DNA of 62,423 nt from Candidatus Amesbacteria bacterium RIFCSPLOWO2_01_FULL_48_25 (GTDB lineage: Bacteria > Patescibacteriota > Microgenomatia > CAZETR01 > Amesbacteraceae): positions 1 through 62,423 of the forward strand of contig MEXN01000004.1 of assembly GCA_001773695.1 (NCBI GenBank), given 5' to 3'. Each line of letters opens with the position of its first letter. Position 1 is the stretch's first letter. The translations under genes were made by a program, and so were the position numbers. The notes under the pieces were generated by a model. That model did not search any database, was not told the origin of the DNA, and saw only the letters and a program-made list of their open reading frames with translations. This document shows positions 8,295-16,114 of the stretch, piece after piece.

Positions 8295-8381
8295 TTTAAT
8301 TTCCTCCCATCGCTCCCTGATTAATTGAACCTGCACAATATCTTCAAAAGCCTTAACAATCTTCTCTAATGCACTTATAAT
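8295..8381. repeat. Diverged direct repeat B (LIRERWEE-encoding segment plus TATAAT upstream of tRNA-Lys)
   Basis: Homologous to 1921-2025; minus strand reads KAFEDIVQVQLIRERWEEIK. Confidence 0.8.
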
Positions 8382-8406
8382 AACGTCAGAACCACGCAGC
8401 TAGATT

Positions 8407-8478
8407 GGGCTCGTAGCTTAGAGGTAAAGCAGCTCCCTCTTAAGGAGACGACCGAGAGTTCGAATCTCTCCGAGCCCA
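8407..8478 (+). tRNA. tRNA-Lys(CTT)
   Basis: Cloverleaf: GGGCTCG/CGAGCCC acceptor stem, loop CTCTTAA, T-loop TTCGAAT. Confidence 0.93.
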
Positions 8479-8480
8479 CA

Positions 8481-8855
8481 TCATGGAAGCTGGCAGCCTG
8501 AGATTTGGGAGAGTTTTTCTAGGGATTGTTCGCCTTCGAGCTTAGTGCCGTCTTGGGTAATCCAGGTAGGATAACCAGCTACTCCTTTTTCCGTACAGGT
8601 TTTGGGGACGGCGGTACATTCGACGTACGGGACAAATTGAAATGAGTCGCCAAAGAGCTTTTTCTGATTTTGGCAATGGGGGCACCAGTAGGCGCCGTAC
8701 ATGGTAACTTTTTCCTCAGTTAAACACTTTGCAAATTGATCTAGAAGCTTGGGTTGCTGTGAGGGACGGGTAAGAAAAATTGTTCCTGTGATTATGACTA
8801 ATATGACGGCTAGGACGGATAGGACTAATTTGGGACTCATCATTCCTTGCAACAA
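8481..8855 (-). CDS. Membrane-anchored thioredoxin-fold protein
   Basis: N-terminal TM helix, YGAYWCPHC, second Cys pair, GYPTW cis-Pro. Confidence 0.85.
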   Translation of the reverse strand: MLQGMMSPKLVLSVLAVILVIITGTIFLTRPSQQPKLLDQFAKCLTEEKVTMYGAYWCPHCQNQKKLFGDSFQFVPYVECTAVPKTCTEKGVAGYPTWITQDGTKLEGEQSLEKLSQISGCQLP

Positions 8856-9301
8856 TCGACAAGTTTGGAAGTAATGTCCTGAAGGGACCAGTCCTGATCT
8901 TTGATAGTGTCTTTGACTTGGGGAAGTTTGATTAGCTTGAGGCGCAGGGCCCAGAAGAGGGAATAAATTTTATAGGCATAGTCGAAGTACTCCTTCTTGC
9001 GGCTTTTGGTTCCTACTTCTAAAAGGCGCATGGTGGCGGCCAAAAGGTGCTTGGTAATGCACCAGGTTTCGCCTTCGTGGGCGGGAATCATTTTGGCTAG
9101 TAAAGTTTTGCGCATTTCGCGAACCTCTTCCAGAAGCTTTAAGTACTCGTCTTTTCCGGTCTTTTCGGCGGTTAAGAAGAAATGTTCCTCGAGGCTAATC
9201 AAATTCATAATGGCGATACTTAAATCTTCTTCCAGAGAAAGATCATAGTTGCCGGTTTTTTTCAGCTTTTCTATTTTGGAGAGGAGATCCTTGAGTTTCA
9301 C
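8840..9301 (-). CDS. Conserved hypothetical helical protein
   Basis: Open frame; probable GTG start at 9301 overlapping the upstream TGA (GTGA coupling); GETWCITKH motif. Confidence 0.7.
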   Translation of the reverse strand: MKLKDLLSKIEKLKKTGNYDLSLEEDLSIAIMNLISLEEHFFLTAEKTGKDEYLKLLEEVREMRKTLLAKMIPAHEGETWCITKHLLAATMRLLEVGTKSRKKEYFDYAYKIYSLFWALRLKLIKLPQVKDTIKDQDWSLQDITSKLVDCCKE

Positions 9302-9924
9302 AACATGAATATTATCGCACCTAGAATAATCATGGCAAGGGAGGAGATGGTTTCTGACTTGAGCCAAGATTGAAGCTTAGTTGACAGTTGAGAGTTGACA
9401 GTTGACAGTGTAAGAATCAGGACCAGGGGGGAGACAAATATTAGATTGTAGTAGATGAGGTAGAGGGCTCCTTGGAGTAAAGTGGACTTGTCGTGGAGGA
9501 GAGTAAGAATAAGCAGATATGGGCCACCGGTGCAAGGGAATTCAAAAAGACCGACTAGGATTCCCAAGGTGAACATGGCGGGGTAGGTGGAAGTGTGTAT
9601 AAGCTTGGCCAGGTGGGGTTTTATAAAGGCGGGAAGGCCTAGAGGAACTTTAAGAAGGCCTAAGAAGCCTGTGATAATTAGAATGGCTGCCCCGAATTTG
9701 GAGAGAACGTGGGGAAAGCCAAAGAAGCTTAAAGCGCGTAGGACGCCCAATCCAATGAGGATGTAAGTGGCAAAAATGCCTAATATGTACGTACTAGCTA
9801 TGGGGATGACTTTTTTCTGGGCGTGAACGAGAAAACCGATAGTTAGCAGCAAAACCGATATGGCGCAAGGGTTGAAGCTATCGATAATGGCGGCTGCAGT
9901 AACGACCGACAAGGACGGGTCCAT
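9298..9924 (-). CDS. CcdA/DsbD-like transmembrane thiol-redox protein
   Basis: DSFNPCAI and EFPCTGGPY Cys motifs in a multi-TM protein. Confidence 0.8.
   Translation of the reverse strand: MDPSLSVVTAAAIIDSFNPCAISVLLLTIGFLVHAQKKVIPIASTYILGIFATYILIGLGVLRALSFFGFPHVLSKFGAAILIITGFLGLLKVPLGLPAFIKPHLAKLIHTSTYPAMFTLGILVGLFEFPCTGGPYLLILTLLHDKSTLLQGALYLIYYNLIFVSPLVLILTLSTVNSQLSTKLQSWLKSETISSLAMIILGAIIFML
9380..9414. repeat. Heptamer tandem repeat (GTTGACA)n in frame inside the ccdA-like gene
   Basis: GTTGACA GTTGAGA GTTGACA GTTGACA GTGTAAG. Confidence 0.85.
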
Positions 9925-10008
9925 CGAGGACGATTATATCCCTGCCGGTTATTAATTACTTGCCTGATCTTACGGCAATTTTTTTTGTTTACCTCCTTTC
10001 CTCTGTTA

Positions 10009-10045
10009 TTATCAGTCTTATACCGCGAGTGCTAAATGTTGTCAA
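10009..10045 (-). promoter_or_regulatory. CIRCE operator overlapping a sigma70 promoter
   Basis: TTATCAGTC-N9-GAGTGCTAA (10009-10035); minus strand TTGACA (10045-10040)-N17-TATAAG. Confidence 0.8.
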
Positions 10046-10056
10046 GTGTGTTTTTA

Positions 10057-11427
10057 CTACGGGCTGGAGCGGCGGGTAATGGTGTAGCTTTGGGGGTGAT
10101 AGAGAAATATGGCCGGGACTTCTTCGACCAGAGCTTTTTGGAAATCCTGATAGATGTCCAGGCGCTCTTTAGGGTCTGATGTCTTGCGACCATCTTCAAG
10201 TAATTTGTCGATTCTGGGGTGGGAGAAACGGGTGAGATTTGAGGCCTGGGTTGAGTGCCAGAGATGGTATTGGTCGGGGTCGGTGGGGAGAACTTGGGCT
10301 GCTACTAGGACTAGAAAATCGTCAGGAACATCGGGGGTGACGGATATTTCGATTTCGAGGCCTAGGGTTTCCCAGTCGGATTTGAGTTCTTCAGCGGTTG
10401 TGAGGTAGGCGGGAAAAGTGGAGAGAATGATTTTGGGTAGATTTGGTCCGGACTTACCTAGGAGGGATCGAGCCCGGGCGACGTCAAGATCGTATTTTTT
10501 GATGTCTGAAGTATATGCCCAATTTGTTGCGGAAAGAGGACCCGTGATGCGACTATCGTTTGGCCAACGGGTTTTGTCCGTGGTGTAGGCCAATGCCTGG
10601 CGTAATGATTTTCCACCAGAACCTGAAAACACCTGACTTTGAGTGTTGAAGAAGGCGGCTACGTATCTATCTGTGCGAGTGACTTGGGAGACGCTAGTGT
10701 TTGGCCAATCAGAGAGATCCTCGGGATCGGAAATATCGGCGATAGAGTTGACGATCCCAAGTTTATAAGCTGTACGGGCCAGTTTTTCTGAAGGGTAAAA
10801 ATAGTAGCGCAGTCGGGGGAGCCGGGAATCCGGATTGATTGGGGAGAGAGTTATGGAGTCGATGTAATTGCCGTTTTTTCTTATCGAGGTGGTTTTGTAG
10901 GAACCGACTCCCACGAGCTTGGTTTTGAAGATCGGTTGGGAGAGGACTACCGGGAGGGGAGAGAAAGGGTCTGTTAGGCGAATAGTCAGGCTGTTGCTAT
11001 CCGGATAAGAGATCTGGGCGTCGGTGAACTGGTAGGTAATTTGTGAGCTTTTGACTGGAGTCCCATCGTGCCATTTGAGGCCGGGTTGAAGAATAAAGGT
11101 ATAAGTTTTGCCGCTATCGGTAGCTGTCCAAGATGAGGCCAGAGCTGGTTGGGGTTGACCCCGGGAATCGATGTGGGTGAGACCTAGACTGATTTGGCGC
11201 TGGATATCTAGGGGAAGATCCGAGAGTGTAGGTCGGGCGACGTATGCTATTGAGTAAGTTGAGCGAAACTGGATGGTGGCAACGACGATCCGGGGGAGGA
11301 GGACAAAAGTGAGCGATCCTAATAGAATGCCTATGAGTATCGCTCCTTGGTATTTGGCCACGAGGGCCGCTAAAAAACGGAGGAAAAAGCGAATTTTTTT
11401 GTATATACGGCGCATGCGAGGCGTCAC
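10057..11427 (-). CDS. ABC transporter substrate-binding protein, family 5 (OppA/DppA-like)
   Basis: PALASSW...YTFILQPGLKWHDG family-5 signature; VGVGSYK; RLDIYQDFQKAL...PAIFLY. Confidence 0.85.
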   Translation of the reverse strand: MTPRMRRIYKKIRFFLRFLAALVAKYQGAILIGILLGSLTFVLLPRIVVATIQFRSTYSIAYVARPTLSDLPLDIQRQISLGLTHIDSRGQPQPALASSWTATDSGKTYTFILQPGLKWHDGTPVKSSQITYQFTDAQISYPDSNSLTIRLTDPFSPLPVVLSQPIFKTKLVGVGSYKTTSIRKNGNYIDSITLSPINPDSRLPRLRYYFYPSEKLARTAYKLGIVNSIADISDPEDLSDWPNTSVSQVTRTDRYVAAFFNTQSQVFSGSGGKSLRQALAYTTDKTRWPNDSRITGPLSATNWAYTSDIKKYDLDVARARSLLGKSGPNLPKIILSTFPAYLTTAEELKSDWETLGLEIEISVTPDVPDDFLVLVAAQVLPTDPDQYHLWHSTQASNLTRFSHPRIDKLLEDGRKTSDPKERLDIYQDFQKALVEEVPAIFLYHPQSYTITRRSSP

Positions 11428-11630
11428 ACGAGAGCGACTGAGGCCGAAACTGTGACAAAGAGGACAGCCAGAATTATGGTGGCTCTAAAAACAAGGATTT
11501 CGATGCCACGCTTGGAGTGATATAGACCGCCAAGTGACCGTCCGAGCCCTACTCCCTTGGCCTGGAGCAAGATTAATCCGGCCATTATGACGGCAACAAT
11601 TATTTGGACGATTGTCAGGGCCTCGTGCAT
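11424..11630 (-). CDS. secG: Preprotein translocase subunit SecG
   Basis: Two TM helices with ILLQAKGVGLG and HSKRGIE. Confidence 0.85.
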   Translation of the reverse strand: MHEALTIVQIIVAVIMAGLILLQAKGVGLGRSLGGLYHSKRGIEILVFRATIILAVLFVTVSASVALV

Positions 11631-11658
11631 GTTTTGGTAATTTGCATTATACCAGGGG

Positions 11659-12069
11659 CTAGTCCTGGAGGAGCCAGTAGAGGAAATGGAAGATGAGAGT
11701 TAGGGTAAAAGTTGTTAAAATGAAAGCCCCAAATACCGAGAAGTGGATGGCGGGAATAATGATATAAGTGAGGTCTATTCTAGGGGAGATAAAGGCGTGT
11801 ATTTGGAGATTGGGAATAAGCCAGGTGATAATGTAGAGAGTGACAATGTTCGTGGCCCAGCGGAATACGCCTAGGGTGACTAGATGGATGGGCAGGAGCA
11901 ACAAATTTATTACCGGGCGGACGAATAAGTTGACTAGGGCTATGGCTAGCGCGGCTAAGAATAATGTTTGCCAGCCGCCGACGTAGGTTATGATGGAGGA
12001 TAAGATCTGGGAAGCGATGTAGACCGAGGCCAGGTTGATGGCAACACTCCTTAGGAATAGGCGGAGCAT
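11659..12069 (-). CDS. Four-TM membrane protein (YvlD/phage-holin-like family)
   Basis: LVNLFVRPVINLLLLPIHLVTLG family motif. Confidence 0.8.
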   Translation of the reverse strand: MLRLFLRSVAINLASVYIASQILSSIITYVGGWQTLFLAALAIALVNLFVRPVINLLLLPIHLVTLGVFRWATNIVTLYIITWLIPNLQIHAFISPRIDLTYIIIPAIHFSVFGAFILTTFTLTLIFHFLYWLLQD

Positions 12070-12073
12070 GGTA

Positions 12074-13327
12074 TTACTTTAGCATTTTTGAGCGGTGTTT
12101 GTGGTGAAGGCGGCGGGAAAAACGATGGGCTTCGTCACGCAGGTGCATTAGGAGTTTTAGTCCGGGATGGGATTTGTCTAGTTTGATTTGTTCACCGTTT
12201 GGCAAGTGGATTATTTCTTGTTTTTTTGCCAAGGCAATTGTAGGTATGTTCCAGCTGACAACGGAAAGTTGGGGGAGACCACCATCCAAGACTATTAAGT
12301 CTGGGGTGGGCCAGTCGGCGCGTTTTAGGCGGCGGGAGAGAACCTCTCCCATCATAGCTATATCGTCGCCTTCCTGATTTTTAAGTGTGAAATGGCGATA
12401 ATGCCGAGTGGTGACTTCTCCGTCTATGGCGACGGTCATGGCAGAGGTGGGAGCGGTGCCGGAAAGATGAGCGTTGTCGAAAAATTCGATACGATGTAAT
12501 GAATTTAGTATTAAGTGCGAAGTACTAAGCGCTAATTTGAGACTATCTACGGCTTCTTGGCGTTGATCTTCTACTAAATTGGGGTTGACGATATAGTCGT
12601 CAGGAGCTACGGGAGTTAAAAGCAGATAGTCAAGACTTTTTAATTGGTCGCGAAGCTTGGCCGCGGATTCGTAATCCTGGGATTTTACAGCTTTACCCAT
12701 GTCTTTTTGTAGGCTTTGGCGGACGGAGGCGAAATGACCGCGGATAAGGCTTTTTAAGCGGGCGATGTTTTGTAAATAACCTTTCCGGTCGCCTGTAGCT
12801 GGGCAAGGGTTGCATAAGCCTAGGTGTGAGTAAAGACAGGGCCGTTTGACTGGACGGTGGGAGGTGCAGTAGGGGGCGACGCGCCGGAATTGATGGAGGA
12901 CGCGGCGGACGATAAGGCCTGACAGGAAAGGACCCGCTAGTGATCCGTCCGGATTGTGATTTATTACAGGCAGAGGATACGTATCGCGGATAAAGTGGAT
13001 GTAGTATGGGGATCTGTCATCTTTGGAAGCGATATTGTAGCGAGGGCGAAATTTTTTTATCAGGCGGGATTCTAAAAGGAGCGATTCGAGATCTGAATTG
13101 ACCTCGATATGCTCGATTGAGTCGATACGTGAGACAAGCCTTTGGGTAATGGGCCTGAGGTTTACGGGAGGAACGAAATATGATCGGACTCGGTCGCGAA
13201 GGGACTTGGATTTACCCACGTAAAGAATTTTTTCTGACTTGTCTTTGAAGATATAGATACCAGGCCTGGTGGGTAAGCCAGACCAGTGCGATGATGATGG
13301 CGGTGATGAAGATGGCGAGAGTGACAT
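12074..13327 (-). CDS. uvrC: Excinuclease ABC subunit C (short form, no C-terminal HhH)
   Basis: GIY-YIG (PGIY...YVGKS), UVR motif (YESAAKLRD), RIEFFDNAH, DLIVLDGG, RDEAHRF; ATG at 13327 preferred. Confidence 0.92.
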   Translation of the reverse strand: MSLSPSSSPPSSSHWSGLPTRPGIYIFKDKSEKILYVGKSKSLRDRVRSYFVPPVNLRPITQRLVSRIDSIEHIEVNSDLESLLLESRLIKKFRPRYNIASKDDRSPYYIHFIRDTYPLPVINHNPDGSLAGPFLSGLIVRRVLHQFRRVAPYCTSHRPVKRPCLYSHLGLCNPCPATGDRKGYLQNIARLKSLIRGHFASVRQSLQKDMGKAVKSQDYESAAKLRDQLKSLDYLLLTPVAPDDYIVNPNLVEDQRQEAVDSLKLALSTSHLILNSLHRIEFFDNAHLSGTAPTSAMTVAIDGEVTTRHYRHFTLKNQEGDDIAMMGEVLSRRLKRADWPTPDLIVLDGGLPQLSVVSWNIPTIALAKKQEIIHLPNGEQIKLDKSHPGLKLLMHLRDEAHRFSRRLHHKHRSKMLK

Positions 13328-15032
13328 GCCAGACAAGAAATAAATGATTGGGGATATTATAAGTTATTGGATTTTGTCCTTGGTTGAATATTAGTGATCT
13401 TGTTTGAAAATTTGGCCCAATTGGGCTTTTTAGTGATAGGGTGTAAGTTGAAGAAGAAAGAGGAAGCAGGACTGAAATGGAAAGAGAGGTGGGAGAAACT
13501 TCGGCTATGCCCGGGGCGGAAATGGTCACGGGGAATTGATATATGGCTTGGCTGTTGCGGTTGGTTAGATGCAGGCGAGACTTAGTCGACCAGGGGAATA
13601 TTTGCCAAGGAGGATCCCAATTAATTTCAGGCGGAGTGAGTGGGAGCGGGACGTGGGGAGAGAGGCTAACTTGAATGTCACTGTCTTTTGAGTTGGGATA
13701 CAGGCCAGCTGAGAGCGGAGAAGTAGATGATGTGCCGTGGATAACGAAGGCGATGTGATTGAAATCCATTTTATTGAAGTAATCGGTGCCGCCCGAGGTG
13801 TTGCCCCAAGTCGGGTCGACGTCAACCCAGGTATGGGCAGCCTCGTCCCAGTATTGGGGCCAAGAGTGGAGCTCGTCGGCTACCAGACTTAGTGGCAGGA
13901 GTTGGGTGTCGGAAGTAGCGGCAAATCCGTTTACCTCCCGGGCAGGAATTCCTGCTGCTCGGGCGATGGTTATAAACAGATCGGTGAAATCAGTGCATAG
14001 GCTGTGGCTGGGGTCGGTTAGGGCGCTGAGCGCCCCCCGGCGGGCGGGACTTTTGACAAGCCTTTGAGGATCGTATGTGAGGGTCGTGGTGACGTAATCG
14101 TAAATATCTTTTGGAGTTTTTAGCTTCTGGGCCAAGCTTTGGATTTGGGGATCGGAAGTGGGCCAGAATTTGTCTGTTTTGAGAAACGAGGTGAATGATT
14201 CTAGTGCAGGGCTGGAAGTGAATCGCACTGGTTGAGACCGGACATGGACGTATCCTCGAGCCGTAACGTCAATTGCTGATTTTGGTTTGAGTTTGTACGA
14301 GGCGAGCCAGTTGCCATCGGGGTCAACGTCTATTTTATCGGGTTGGGGTGTAAGAGAATACAAATAAACATTTTGGTAATAAGTGTCGGGGGGAAGAGTA
14401 ATTGATTGGCTAGTCGGTCGGCGACCAGAGTTTTCCAAGTGGAACTTTTGCTGAAATTGATATGATTGAAAGTTGCCAAATGTGGCTGTGACCGGTGAGT
14501 AGAGGAGTTGAGACCGGTTGAAAGTGTAAGATCTGGCGTCGGATGTGATTGGGAGGGGGGAAATATATGCCGGTTGGCCGAATGATTCGGGAAGAGCGAG
14601 AGTGAGTTCATATTGGTCGATAATGTCGGGATTGCCTAGTTTGGGTAGTGTGACTTCCCATATCTCGCCTTTTTTGATGGCGATGGGGACCACGTAAGAC
14701 AAGTTGAAAGTATATGCCTTGCCTTTTCCAGCTAACTGCTCGTTAAAATAGGCGGTGAGTTGGTTGTCTTGGGCTATAATTTTTAATAACCCGTGTGAAT
14801 CTGTTCCGGATACGTTTTGCACATTTTTGAAAGGAAGGGTGAGCTGGTATTGGTCGGCGTAAACCCGTGAAGTAAGATTGGTGAGAGTGATTTTTTCTTC
14901 TACCCAAGCCAGTCCTTTATCGTTTACTGTGTAGGAAACGGTGTATGAAGTGTAGAAATCACCCCCCGCTCTGGCGGGGGAAACCCCAAGCCACAAACTA
15001 CAAATCCCAATTAATACCAAAATCTTTTTCAC
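13212..15032 (-). CDS. Exported transglutaminase-like domain protein with C-terminal TM
   Basis: Signal peptide from GTG 15032; catalytic triad-like CTDF...HSWPQ...DPTW. Confidence 0.85.
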   Translation of the reverse strand: MKKILVLIGICSLWLGVSPARAGGDFYTSYTVSYTVNDKGLAWVEEKITLTNLTSRVYADQYQLTLPFKNVQNVSGTDSHGLLKIIAQDNQLTAYFNEQLAGKGKAYTFNLSYVVPIAIKKGEIWEVTLPKLGNPDIIDQYELTLALPESFGQPAYISPLPITSDARSYTFNRSQLLYSPVTATFGNFQSYQFQQKFHLENSGRRPTSQSITLPPDTYYQNVYLYSLTPQPDKIDVDPDGNWLASYKLKPKSAIDVTARGYVHVRSQPVRFTSSPALESFTSFLKTDKFWPTSDPQIQSLAQKLKTPKDIYDYVTTTLTYDPQRLVKSPARRGALSALTDPSHSLCTDFTDLFITIARAAGIPAREVNGFAATSDTQLLPLSLVADELHSWPQYWDEAAHTWVDVDPTWGNTSGGTDYFNKMDFNHIAFVIHGTSSTSPLSAGLYPNSKDSDIQVSLSPHVPLPLTPPEINWDPPWQIFPWSTKSRLHLTNRNSQAIYQFPVTISAPGIAEVSPTSLSISVLLPLSSSTYTLSLKSPIGPNFQTRSLIFNQGQNPITYNIPNHLFLVWHVTLAIFITAIIIALVWLTHQAWYLYLQRQVRKNSLRG

Positions 15033-15667
15033 CTCTTTGATCTTACAAGAAACCATTCTTCTTTGGGGAGTTTGGACTGGATGGATAAGATCCAGTCACA
15101 GTCGGATGCTTGGGAAACGTGGGCTTGCATGGCCGAAACTTTAATATCCCAAACTGAAGAGATCTCGACAATTTCATCAACTTCTTCTTTCGGCTTGCCG
15201 GGTGGCATGTAGACGAAGTAATCGGAGATTTGTGATCTTTCTGCGTCTTTTAAGCAAAAATACATTATTTTTTGGACATAGTTTAGTTTGGGAAAAAGGA
15301 AATTGACGGCGGAAGTGACGGCAATGTGATCTAAATGGCCGGAGACGCCATTGGGGTCGAATGTGATAATTATTTCAGGCTCGATTTTGTCTAACCTAGT
15401 CTTGAGATTGTCTGCCAGTTTATGATACAAGGCATTTGATAATGCTCCGTCGATAAACTTTAGAAAATGGACTTGTTTGACGCCTAAAATTTTGGCCGAG
15501 GCGAGCAATTCTTTATCTCTGACGTTTTTAAGTCCGTTGTTATGGACGTCGCCGTCCGTGCAGCAGATGATGTGAATTTCGTGGTCGCGGGCTAGTTTGG
15601 CTAGGGTCCCCCCCGGTCCAAAGGCCTCATCGTCGGGATGGGCAAAAACGCAAGCTATGGTTGACAT
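15029..15667 (-). CDS. PIG-L family deacetylase
   Basis: AHPDDE, TDGD, GHLDH, AHVSQ. Confidence 0.9.
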   Translation of the reverse strand: MSTIACVFAHPDDEAFGPGGTLAKLARDHEIHIICCTDGDVHNNGLKNVRDKELLASAKILGVKQVHFLKFIDGALSNALYHKLADNLKTRLDKIEPEIIITFDPNGVSGHLDHIAVTSAVNFLFPKLNYVQKIMYFCLKDAERSQISDYFVYMPPGKPKEEVDEIVEISSVWDIKVSAMQAHVSQASDCDWILSIQSKLPKEEWFLVRSKR

Positions 15668-15772
15668 CTGGGAATTATATCAGCTTTTGACAGGGAATAG
15701 CTTGTGCTGATGTGCTAACGTATGCAGAACATGTCTTAGCAAATACGAACCGATGTCCGTGTTGACAAAAAG

Positions 15773-16084
15773 TTGATTGGAGAGCACAGCTTGATTATTA
15801 TAGGTTTTTCGCTCACGGTGCTGGAAAAAGGTTTTACTGCCGACGATTTTAATAATGCTATTTGTGCAAAGGTTTGTGGAGTAAAAAGGGACTGGGGAAC
15901 TTTTGGCTGCAGCAGATGTGAGAAACCGGGTCCTCGGCTTGATACGGCAAAAGGTGAATTCTTTGTCGAGCCCGGTGTATCTGGGTCGTTTGTGTTAAGG
16001 GTTTTGGAAGGAGCATCATGTAATATGGCTGATCCTGTCAGAAAATTATTGCTGGAAAAATCGGTTGGAGAATTATTAGCTTGA
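15773..16084 (+). CDS. Cys-rich hypothetical protein
   Basis: Only ORF filling the gap; CxxxC and CxxC; upstream TTGATT-N17-TATTAT suggests the true start is GTG 15818. Confidence 0.5.
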   Translation: MIGEHSLIIIGFSLTVLEKGFTADDFNNAICAKVCGVKRDWGTFGCSRCEKPGPRLDTAKGEFFVEPGVSGSFVLRVLEGASCNMADPVRKLLLEKSVGELLA

Positions 16085-16114
16085 AAGAGCCAAAGATCTT
16101 ATTCTGAAGAGTGG

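Noticed and set aside
1921-8381. Integron cassette array
   Set aside because: No IntI tyrosine recombinase, and the repeats lack the attC R''/R' (RYYYAAC...GTTRRRY) structure.
11659-12069. Prophage suggested by the holin-like family name
   Set aside because: This YvlD-type membrane family is a common chromosomal gene; there are no structural, terminase or endolysin genes nearby.
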